A DNA stretch of 64,000 nucleotides. It comes from Vicugna vicugna. Taxonomy: Eukaryota. Every line of letters starts with the position of its first letter. Positions within the stretch are counted from its first letter, which is position 1. Shown here piece after piece: positions 52,766 to 64,000 of the stretch. The stretch covers positions 2,542,001 through 2,606,000 of the forward strand of contig MU058444.1 in the NCBI GenBank assembly GCA_013265495.1. The letters are read 5' to 3'. The position numbers and the translations under genes were made by a program. Below the pieces are notes generated by a model that was not told where the DNA came from, made no database searches, and worked only from the letters and a program-made list of their open reading frames with translations.

Positions 52766-53236
52766 TAGAAGTGCCTGGACTGGACAAGACGTGAAGGCAG
52801 AGGACAGGGTGAGAGGCTGGAAGCAGAGAGGACAGAGGAGATGCGCTGAGGTGTCACAGGGAGGGGAGAAATGCAGAGAACAGATTAGGACCCAGCACAG
52901 CCATTTCCATGTGGAGAGCGAGCCGGCCTGTGCTGGCCGTGGTCCCCGCTGTGCTCCAGCCCCAGACCGCTCCATCCATGGCGGGTCTGTCTCTTCACCA
53001 TCCCCACGAAGGAATGGACTGGGAAGGGAGGGAAAGGTTGCTGATGTCCCTATGAACAAACAGTGAGATGCTGGCACAGCACCTTTCCCCACCCAGTCCT
53101 CCTCCCCCTGGCCAGGACTCAGACCACTGCCTGCCTGAGTCTGTCCGCAGAGGGTAAAGTCAGCGCCTCATTCTGAGATCAGCTTTTCCTCCAGTATTAG
53201 GGCTGTTTTCTCAGCCAAAATTGAGGCACTGTACTC

Positions 53237-53732
53237 TGATACACATGCAGAACGTGCAGATATGCCTCTTTGACGTAAGGATTATCTTGAGCTGATTTTG
53301 AGAGACTGCAGACACAGGAGAAGCTCTGAAAACAGAACAGAAGTTACTCCTTTGTCAGGGAAGTTTACATTTATAAAGGAAATTTCCATCTGGAAGGGCA
53401 TCTCCCTCTTTGTACCAGGGAGAGGATGACGTAAATTACAGGAAACTCATCAGTGGAGAAGCACCCACTACAGCTACATAAAAACCTGACCTCTGTTTAC
53501 TGTGCCTTCCTGTTGCCTCTTCCCTCCCCAGCATCTCGGGCTGAGGATGGTACTTAAGGTGGAGGTTTGGCCATATTGGGAGTCACTCAGTTTCCCTGGG
53601 GATCTCCCTGTATAAGACATGTATACATGTTGCTAAACTTAGGGTTTTTCCCTGTTAATCTGTCTTTTACTACAGGGGGACTCAGTCAAAAGCTCAGAAA
53701 GGTGGAGGGACGGTAATTTTTCCTCGCCTACA
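53237..53732 (+). mobile_element. MER34-family ERV1 solo LTR
   Basis: atatgcctctttgacgtaaggattatcttgagctgatt...ctgcagacacaggagaagctctgaaaacaga...ctgttaatctgtctttt...ttttcctcgcctaca. Confidence 0.8.
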
Positions 53733-54064
53733 TGCACAACCTCACGGAGACCCAGGACACCTGCTCTCCTTGTCTGACCAGCACAAAACCACAGTTACAC
53801 TCACTGTTCACTCTGTTAAGACCCGTCTCCTTCCCAGTTACAAATGCACATCCGCCCAAGTTCTGCAGACTTGACAGCCTGAGAAGTCACCTGGTGTCCT
53901 TCACGGAAACACCTTCAGGGAGACACAGTCTGCAGCCTGTCAGGCATCTGATGCCCTGTTAGCCAGTCGCATTGCTGTGGTTTTACTTCTCACCTGTAAG
54001 AAATTCACAGGTGCTTCCAGAATAGATTTAACCACAAACGAACGCCTTAGTGTTCTCGACATAG

Positions 54065-54526
<462 letters not shown>

Positions 54527-57500
54527 TTTCAAGCCTAAGAGCCCTTCTAAACGATGACCTAAAGATGGTAAGATACTGTTTTATGTGATAACTAGTTCTT
54601 TCTGTTAGGCGTAACAACGGATTTGGTATTGATAGCTGTTTCTGGCGAGGAAAATATTCCAGTGTTGTTAGTTTTATGAATAACAAAGCTAGAAATATTT
54701 TGATTATACCTTTCTAGAAGTTTTTAGATGGGATCCTTGTCTTATACTAGGCTCGAGCACTCATACATGTGCACTTTTACTCTTCTGTGGACGAACACTC
54801 CGCTCGCGAGGGGCCAAAGCACCACGGTCCTCTTGGGGGCTTTGTGCGGCGCGAAGGCACGCGCCGGACCAGACACGCTGCGCCGAGGGGAGGCGCTCCC
54901 GCACCGCCGCCGGTCGCCAGGCATCTGCGTCACAGCGTTTTGAACCTTCTCAAGATTTATGCATCTCATGATATGAATGTATTTCTTGATATACAGGAAA
55001 ACGTGATATGAGAGAATTCACCTCTGTACCACTGTCAACAACCGTATCTCCATGTTTCCAAATGCATCATTTCTTCCAATGTTTAATCATTACAGAAAGA
55101 CAATGTTGTAACTTGCTTTTAGAAAGAAAAATTAAATGCTTTTTATAAAGTCTGCTTTTAATTCTCAGCTGACAGACCTCTGCTCTGCGTAGCTGCATGC
55201 TTTGCTAACCCACTACCCTAACTGGTCACTTAGGTTGTTTCCAGTTTGTTGCTTGTTTCTGCCACGTACTTGAGTGCGTGGAGCTTTCCCCTTCTCTCTT
55301 GTGTTTTTGATTTTCTTTGTATCAATTCCCAGCAATGGGATTTAATGGGTCAAAGGATACATACATTTTAATGGTATGTTTCCAGTTTTTTGTATAAAAG
55401 TTAAATCAATTTATACTTTCCTCAGTAATTAAAGAGTAGCTATTTCACTGAAAGCTTTTCAGCACTGAGCATTTTTTCCTAATACTAGGTTTAAAACACC
55501 TTTAGATTGCACTTTGTTCTCTAACAAGGTTGCCAGTGTATTGACTGTTCTTTTGTCTGTGACAAATGAAGCAACCAGAACACTTTCATTTGTTCAAAGA
55601 AACTAGTGCTGTTGATACACAAAAACTTCCAACTTCCCCAAACACTGCTTCAAAATGAACACATCAAATTCAGTTTTCATTAAAAGGGAGGTATTCTTTC
55701 AGTTTTCTTCTTCTTCTTTTGAGTAAAGGTAGATTTACTTAGAGACGCATACGGCACAGAGCGTGGTCTCTTTCAGAAGGCACTTTCACTCTGGTTTTCA
55801 CACAGTGGTTTTATGCGTTTACGTCTCTCTTCATAAAAGGCAGTTACAGTCTGAGGACAGTCCTGGTTTTCACCGCCAGCCCGAGGCAGCCTCATCTGAG
55901 TCTTTCTTTGCGCGTCGCGGGAACAGCCACTGTCGCTCATACCGTGGCCGCCGCCGCCTCTTGACTTGTCAGACTAGTCTGCTCCCATCAGGGTCGCTGT
56001 TACAGGTTTTCCTTTGGTGCCATCTTTTTCTTTATAAGCTTTCTGAAAATTCAGCAGGCAATCCAGTTTTCCTCAAGTTCTCAAAAGCTGTCGGCATCCT
56101 TTACTTGCCCCCTCCCCTTCCTGGCCCTTCCTCTCTGGGGAGCACCCCCTTCCCGCTCACCCATGTCAGCCCAGGCCTTTCTCTGCCTCCTCTGTACTCT
56201 TGGCAGACCCAAGAGCTGCCCCAGGCCCTGGTCTGCAGGGCCCCACCGCCAGCTCATGGGGCCTGTGTCCATTCATTATTTATTTACAAGAATGGAAGTG
56301 TAATTTAATTTCAGAGAATGAAACTCCCTAGAGTCACACAAACCTTCATTTCACCTCACCCCACGGAGCATGGGACAGACAGGCTCGCCCCGCACGGGAG
56401 CAGGGGGGCGTCAGGCACTCTGGGCGGACGAGGGTCTGGTCCGGCTTAGCGTGCCCTGCCCCGGGGTGAGCAGAACAGGGCACGTGGGGCACAGTTTGCG
56501 CAGGCACTGGACAGAGGGTGTCGGAAAAGACTGAACTGTCCTGGCGCTTGGATCCAGGGCGCACCATGAGCACATCTCCAAATGCAGTCCAGACCTCAGG
56601 TCTGAAGACGACACCGGCCAGGGCAGGGGGTGGGGGCAACACGCAGGCACAGGGTGAGCCAGGGATTGACGGGCGCCGTGCCCACGGCCGACACAGAAAG
56701 CCCCCGTGCAGTCAGCCTGAGCTGCGGCCGCTGTGCCACAGCACGAGGTAAACGCGTCTATTATGGGGGGCGGGGGCGGGAAACAAAGCTTCAAAACGAG
56801 ATAAGACAGCTCTTCTCTAAAACGATGGTGCTGATAATCAGAAGGGAAACAGCTTCCAAAGCAAAATGGTCTAAATCACAGTGCTACTAAGTTGCATTCA
56901 GTATCAATAAAATAAATATGCTAAATATTGGCAGAGTACCTGAAAAATGACATATGTATAAAGAAGTCACTTTATGCCTTTTGCTGTCTGGTCCCACACT
57001 GGTGACACAGGTCACAAAATTCTCGTGTTGAGACGCATTCACTTGCTGCTTGCCCGCATTCATCTTTCATGACATTGTTACTGAGGCGTATGTGCTAAAC
57101 TAAGCTTGAGGGCACACGTGCAACCAACAGCCGCACACACAGCGGCTTCCCACTCAGATGTGCACAAGCAGTACTGAGTAGTAATGAAAATACAGACGGG
57201 GCTTCAGTTTTCCTCTAAACCCGAAGTTTCTGTTTTTAGGAGACCCTTTACCAACACCCTACAGATCTTCCGAGAGAGAAGAAAAGGAAACACTGCCTGG
57301 TTAAGGTTCTTACAGTCAGTCACCCAGGGGCCTGGGCGCGTCAGGCCCCACTGCGGCTTCAGGCTTTTCCTGTCAGCAAATAGGCTCACTTGTGTGACAG
57401 GCTCCCACGATGGGGTGAGAACCTAAGCGAGTACTCGTGCGATTCATGACTGATACTAGGACTGAGTAAATCTGCCTGACCGCGGTGCGGGACAAAGTTT

Positions 57501-60223
57501 CAGTTCATTTTGTTTTCAGAGAAGCAGACACCCTAATGATGTGGTAATGGGGACACTTCAGCAAGTTACCAGTAGCTACTTCAAAGGTTTTAAAAAGGAT
57601 GCTGACAGTTAACGACTTCTGACGTTGAAGCAGTTCACCTGAAGTTGCGAGTCAGGTCCTGAGGCCAATGCCCAACTCCACGGTCTTCAGAGAAGGCCCA
57701 GCCCCCGGGAGCCGGGGCCCAGGGGCCCAGGCTCCTGCGACAACCGGACAAGCGCGCGACTCAGTCCCTGGTGAGGGGACGGCGCCTCCTTCGGGCTGTC
57801 AGTTTTACTTTATTTTGAAGAAGTACAAGAGAGCCAGCAACTTGGGGCAGGTAAGAAGGGAACCGTTCAGCCAGGTTTTATTTAGTTACGTCGCCTGTCT
57901 CACATGCTATCACCTCGGTGGGCACAGGGAGCGGAGGAGGGACCCGAGGGGGACACGGCCACCGCTCCCCGCCCTCCATCTGTGCGCTGGAGATGAGCCC
58001 GGCCCACCGGTGCACAGCGTGCTGGGGTCTCGGACAAGCTTCCTCTCGCGTCTGTGGTTCAGTAGGGACTGACAGTTACAACTTAACGTCAGTTTTGAAG
58101 GTTTTAGAAGGAATTAAATGGAGAAGGTATTTGACAGGTCACTTGTGATTGATTTTTCAGGCCTACTTAATTATTGAAAATGACTATGGTTGGGTTTAAA
58201 ATACAGAGGTGCAAATAAAAAATTCAAATGTGGAACAAAGATCTCTCTTTAGTTGTTAAAAAAAAAGGACAAAACTAAGCACATAAAATTATATTACGAG
58301 TATCGGGGGAACTGCAACCATCATCAGAGATTACATTTTTTATATAGAAAAATAACGAACTTCTATATACACACATTGAATTAACGTGAAACAGAACTAC
58401 AACCTTTTACATAACGGGATTTTTCTGCTACTAAAGACCATCTATCTGCTGCAAAATATATTTTGTGCGAAGATTAAAGACACTGTATTTCCAGAGAGTA
58501 GGAAAGGGAAGACGGCCATAGAGGCCCCACCATGAGGAGCCGAGGTTCTCCCCACACCCAGCCCACTGCCAGCGACGGGGGTGGTAACCACTGAGGACAG
58601 AAAAACAGACCTTTTTATCACTCTGAAATAGATGGTGCCAGCATGTCACTATTAAGAGGAGCACACATCTCACTCCTGACCCCTCAACGACACGCCCCAG
58701 AAAATCCTATTCTGTTCTCAACATGAACTTGGGCAGGGATGAGGGCGGTGCGGACGGAAGACTTAACAAAACAGAGAGAAACATACAAAAGGAATATATA
58801 AAACATGCATTCAGCCCAAATGAGGAGTGACTTCACGACACATTTTCTGAGAAGTTATGTTTACATATTTTAAAATCCTGTAAAAACCAGGTATATTGCA
58901 AGGGTTTAAAAACAAAGTCAGTGATGAAATGACGGTCAATTTTAACAGAGTTCATGCAATTATCTTAGTGGGAAAGCCACTGTCCCAAGTAACAAAATTT
59001 ATGCCCCGTCACATGATTACATATTAGAATCATTTCTTAAAAGAAGTTACTTTGCACTTGGTGCTGACAGAGCTCTTGAGAAAGTGCTGTACAAATGGAA
59101 GGCTATAGAAATTTTTAAATGATAATTTTAAAATACCGTACAAAAAACGTGTAAACAAAAAGATGCTTTAGTGTTGCAGGGCGTTATAAAATCCGTCATA
59201 AGGATTAAGACAACAGATCATTTCTTGTGCATTTTATAAAATTGTTAGCATAATCCTATAAGTTCAAAGTTGCATTGTCAGCAGCAAAAGGTGCTGGGGG
59301 CGCGGGCGAACGCAGAGGATGGGGAGTCCCCGCGGCCACTGCGTCTCTCCTGAAGGACCCGCCAGGCGTGCGGAAGGCCAGTCCCACCTGGGAGATGCTC
59401 CAGCACTGAGACATTTATCCTCCTGTCACCTACCCTGGCAGAGAGGAAAACTGCTCTTAAAAGACTTTATAAACAGTACAAATTCAGGTAAAGCACTGAA
59501 AATTAGGTATGATTTTTTTGGCACAAAGCACTTTTAAAATCTGAGCTCACTTTGCAAAATATATGTCTGGAATTTCTTATTAAAAATAAAGACAGAATGG
59601 TCAATGGTTCTATGAATGAATGAATGAGAGTCTACGTGTCCTTAAACACCACACTCCCCTCCAGCTCACTTCAGTACCAGGCGTCGGCGTGCGCACCCCA
59701 CATTCTAGCGTCTACGGATATTGCACAAGGGACATCGCCAGAGTACACACGGACGCACTCTGGCAAGATCAGAGGGTTACCTTTCGGTAGCATTTTCTGT
59801 AAGTGTTCAGATCCAATACCATTTCCCGAAAAGCGAGATGACCAATCTCAGAGAAAGAAGGCTCGCTGTCTTTCCTTGGCCCATAATATTAAAATCTGTA
59901 CCAATGTATTTAGGCATTTCCTTTATGTTTTCCAGCATTTAAAATTCAGCAAAACCTGTTTCTGCTATTTCTTATAGCATTCCTTCAAAAACAGGAGAAG
60001 CTTCGTCTAATGTAAAAAAAAATTAAAATGAGTCCACAGGGCAGTAAGTTTTCCACCAAAGATCTTGCTCCATCCTGAAAAGCACTGCGGAACAATTAAG
60101 CCCGTCAACTTCCAGAGAGCCACTGAGTGCAAAGTCTGCTGCGAAATCGTGTCACATACCACGACAGCCGGATGTCCGTCTTGCCGCACAATGTAATTCA
60201 ATCCTCTTTCTCCCTAAGATGTT

Positions 60224-60363
60224 TTAGGGTATGCTACAGCTGCTAAAAGGATTTCTGTTTTTCTTGGTCCTCTGTTTGTTGGGTCTAAGATTGATGACAT
60301 CTCCACCATTAAGGGTGCTTGAATTCTGACCCAAGTGACTTCCACCAGATGCGCTAAAGACAC
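60224..60363 (-). CDS. RAB23: RAB23 terminal coding exon (hypervariable tail, CSIP prenylation motif)
   Basis: Minus strand cgcag| acceptor; GVFSASGGSHLGQNSSTLNGGDVINLRPNKQRTKKNRNPFSSCSIP*; 140 nt. Confidence 0.96.
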
Positions 60364-61820
60364 CTGCGTAAATGGAGGGAAACACAGAGATCGACACTGA
60401 TCCACCTCAGGGTACCTACTGCGCCCTGTGCGCCCAGCTTCTTAGTAACTCAGTAGTATTTGCAAGCATTCACACTTTAAGCTTTTGTTTTCATTTCACT
60501 TATTCTTAATGGCCAGCACACGTGGTTGGAAGTTCGCAGGGCACAGAAGGCGCGACAGTGAAGTCTCCCTTCCAGCCCACCACTGCCCCGCCACTGTGTC
60601 AGTGCTCCTATGCATCCTCTCAAGAGAGCTGGCGCATCTGAGGGCAGACGTGCTTATGTATTCTCTCTTCCTCCCTTTGCTACCCAACCGGGGACATACT
60701 CCACGCGCTGTTCTGCAACTGTTTACTAACAACCTATTTTTGAAATTTGGATCTGAAAATATGATCATTTTAGTAACTTCACTTATTTAACTCCACATCA
60801 TATAACTTCAAGGACCTGGCAATGCCCTGTAGTGAGGTCTGTTTTAGAGAAGTGAAGGCCGTAGTTTCAGCTGACAGACAGCTGAGAGCCTTCTGGAGAG
60901 TCCTCGAGGAACGCGCAGTTCTCTGACAGATGGGAAGGGAGCTCACTGTTGATGGAAGAGCCGCGGAAGCAAAGTGAGGAAGGTGGCCCCGAGGGGCCCA
61001 GGAGACGTGGGCCTACTGGGGGAACAGTAAATGGGGTGCACTGTGGGACAGTGGGGCCTGAGGCCACACAGCGAGGTGGACCAAACTGTTTTTACAAGCT
61101 AGGAGGAGAGACCCGCATGTGACGGGTTCCCCGGCGAGAATCTACCGCAGGGAGGGCCTTGCTCAGCGTCCTGGAAGGAGATGGGTGGGCCCAGGAGCCC
61201 AGATCAGAGAGCAGCTGGTCACGACTGCCCGTCGTTTCTCAGGGCGCTTGAGAACCATGTCTGCCAGGAGGAGCACATGCATTAAGAAGGGGAGAGTAAA
61301 GAAAAGGTAAAATAGGTCCAGAAAATGCTATGGGTGTGTGTGTGTGTAGTGAGGGATGGGTTGCAGACAGGGGTCCTCAGGAGACCTCGCACAGGACCCT
61401 CAGGGCAGAGAGCAGGTGCGCACCTTCCCAGGAGCCGCGGCCACAGTGAGAGGCGGAGAGCTGAGTGATCCTCAGGGAACGCGGAACTCCACCCACACTG
61501 GTTAAACACCAGGGGTGGGTGATCAGCAAGGCGGCAGGAGAGGGGAAAGGTGTGGAAACAAGGGTTCAGAAGGACAGGCCTCTACAGAAAGTCCTCCCTG
61601 CTGTCAATGCATCGGATGGGCTTCGAAAATTCATCAAGTATCTTTTAACTCAATATACCTTTTAATAAGAGACTTGATACTCCTAAGTTCAATAATCACT
61701 GTTCTAACACTTTCCAGTCGAGCACACCGCACTAAAAACAAAAAACGGCAAGCATGACACTAACGAACAGAAAGGAAGTCTCCCAGGTGGACGCGGGGCT
61801 AAGACTCCCCAGGTACTTAC

Positions 61821-61913
61821 CAATCTTGTTCCTACTTGAATGCACCGACTCTGGACCCTCAGCTATCTGTTGTTTAAGTTTTTGAAGGTATTTTTCTGCC
61901 AAATATTTAAAAA
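61821..61913 (-). CDS. RAB23: RAB23 penultimate coding exon
   Basis: Minus strand tctag| ... |gtaagt; VFKYLAEKYLQKLKQQIAEGPESVHSSRNKI; 93 nt, phase 1 to 1. Confidence 0.96.
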
Positions 61914-62751
61914 CTAGAATGAAAGCAAAAACAAAAACCTTACCAAGTCAGTACAATTTATGCACGTAAAATCTGTTATTTCACATCACTTACTACAATA
62001 TTTACACTTACTAAACAAATTTAAAATTAAATTACAAGTGTATAATCTAGCTGAAAAAATTCAACTTCTGAAACTTACCTGAGTGATACTGTAGTACAGT
62101 GATGGTACTAGTAAGCGCCCAGCGGCACTTCGTCAGCAAAGAAAGAAAATGCTACTCATTGTCACAGGCTCTTTAGTTCTCAGAACTCGAAAAGTGATTA
62201 GTACTCAGCAAAACTAAATGACTCAGCCTTAAAAAGATGTCACCTTCTCTAGGTGCAAAGTACTACTCAGAGGGCACGGGAGCAACCGTCGGGCTGCAGC
62301 CTAATAAAATGAGCAGCCATCCTGGAACGAGAAAACGAGCCACCATCTTCCCCTAACCCCACTGTCTTAACCTAGGAAGTGTCACTAACAAGTTAAGGTC
62401 ACTGGAACTGCCTAGCAGGGCGCCCACTCCTGTGGGTCCCAGGACAATGCAGCGATCTTAGGAGGCACGCGTCAGGAGCACGCACGCACGAACACTCACA
62501 TATGTCCAGCTGTAATTTTAAAGACAAAAAACAAAACGAGTCTGCCAGGGTTTTGCTGCAGAGTAACAACTATTCAAAGACATCAGTGCATAATTAAGGA
62601 CTAACCCAAAGCAGCATCAAGCCTTTAAATTTTACTTAATGATCCATGACAAGAAAATTCTATTCTCGTTACCAGTATGATTTCTAAATTAAAAAAAGGC
62701 ACAAGAAGAGCAGAGCGACTTCCTGTGTCGAGGCTTAAGCAGGCGCTTTAC

Positions 62752-62834
62752 CCTCGCTCACGTGCAGGTCCTCCTTCACCGACGTCCTGTAGAACCTCAG
62801 CTTCAGCTTCTTCGCCAGGGCCTCAGCCTCTTCA
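62752..62834 (-). CDS. RAB23: RAB23 coding exon (G5 region, TSVKE)
   Basis: Minus strand cgcag| ... |gtaaag; EEAEALAKKLKLRFYRTSVKEDLHVSE; 83 nt, phase 2 to 1; upstream exons lie beyond the window. Confidence 0.95.
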
Positions 62835-63295
62835 CTGCGCAGCAATTTTAAAAATGCATGTAAAGCTACTTTCTAATACATTTATTTTAAAAAGTCACTT
62901 TTATTACATCTACTGAATACAGCTTGGGGCGGGGGTCAGACCTGCCAGACCAGTCGAAAGCTACGTTCTTGGGGCTTGAACGGGATTTCCGGTTTTCACT
63001 ACTCTGGGGGACAAACACCAGCCACCACACTGTAACTGTAAAGACACTTTTCTATAAACTCACTAAACTCCAGCCTTAAAACGGTTAAGTATCATTTTTC
63101 TTTATTTAATACTTTAATTTTCTCTCTTCTGCTTTTAGAAACACTTGAATTTAACCCTGCTCTGGAAGTCTTACTGCATTTACTTACTTTACTCTTACTG
63201 GCTGTGAAACTACTTTGTTGCAGAAGTCAGTACACTGGTGTGTCTACAAGCGTGGACTCCTAATTTTACTTTCATCGTGACTCCTGCTTCCCTGA

Positions 63296-63708
63296 AATGG
63301 TCCCCCAAATCCTACCACACCCCCCCCAACCACCCTGGACCCACACTGGTCTGTGTGATGAGCACACTCGGAAGTGGTGGGTGTGACTTCTGAGACTCCG
63401 TCATAAGAGACAGAGTGGTTTCTGCCTTGGCCTTGGCCGTGGCCTCTCCTGGATCGCATGCTGTGATGGGGAGGCCCGCGAGGCTGGGAGCTGAGGCCTC
63501 CTGCCCACTGCCACGTGAGGGAGCCCTCCCCGCACGGACCCTCCAGCCCAGCAACGTCTTGACAGCAACCTCGGGAAAAACTCAACCAGAACCATCAGCC
63601 AAGCCCTCCCCAATTCCTGACCCACAAAAACTGGGAAATAATAAATGTGCTATTTTAACCCACTAGGTTTTCGGCTGATTTGTTATGCAGCAATAGATGG
63701 CTAATACA
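63296..63708 (+). mobile_element. MLT1 (MaLR; MLT1E/F-like) solo LTR
   Basis: tgtgacttctgagact...aattcctgacccaca...aataaatgtg...tttgttatgcagcaatagatggctaataca. Confidence 0.8.
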
Positions 63709-64000
63709 AGAACATGTTAAAAAAAAAATAAGGTAAAAACCAAGCCAAGATCTTCAAAGCCAGCAAAATGTTAATAATGCAATAAGCAAATACTTATAGA
63801 CAGAAATTATCTGGACGCTAAACTCTGTTCACAAATTTGAGCATAATTGTTCTGAACATACAAAACAATATGAATCCAAGCTGCTTACCAGTTTAAACTC
63901 ATCAACATACTTATCCTAGATATCAGAAGATCTAAGGACGTTTTTCTTAACATTCACCCTGTCTAGATTTGACCTCACGTGAAGACCTGATTTGTGCTGC

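Noticed and set aside
55763..56308. 181-aa plus-strand ORF between BAG2 and RAB23 (also the 187-aa ORF at 49008..49571)
   Set aside because: No recognisable domain or exon structure; consistent with chance ORFs in UTR/intron sequence

Overview
Mammalian genomic DNA, probably camelid on the evidence of one lineage-type tRNA-derived SINE. It is syntenic to the human ZNF451-BAG2-RAB23 locus. The window holds the last 11 coding exons of ZNF451 (+ strand, exons 5-15 by human numbering; splice phases checked by hand and all consistent). It also holds the complete 3-exon BAG2 CDS (+, 211 aa) with its CpG-island promoter, and the last three coding exons of RAB23 (-), convergent with BAG2. Introns carry ordinary eutherian repeats: MIR, L2, L1, MER/hAT, a near full-length Tigger1, and MER21, MER34 and MLT1 LTRs. 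Repeat subfamily names and boundaries are from recognition and are approximate. I see no wholly new gene system. The best leads are: (i) an intron-13 read-through/intronic-polyA ZNF451 C-terminus (KPPKRRRLHC*, AATAAA 8 nt after the stop) that would swap the UIM for an NLS-like motif; (ii) an abrupt GC/CpG shift inside the big ZNF451 exon with GC-type amino-acid replacements, suggesting GC-biased gene conversion; (iii) an intact PIN/NYN-like acidic motif set in the ZNF451 C-terminus; and (iv) several candidate cryptic or poison exons.
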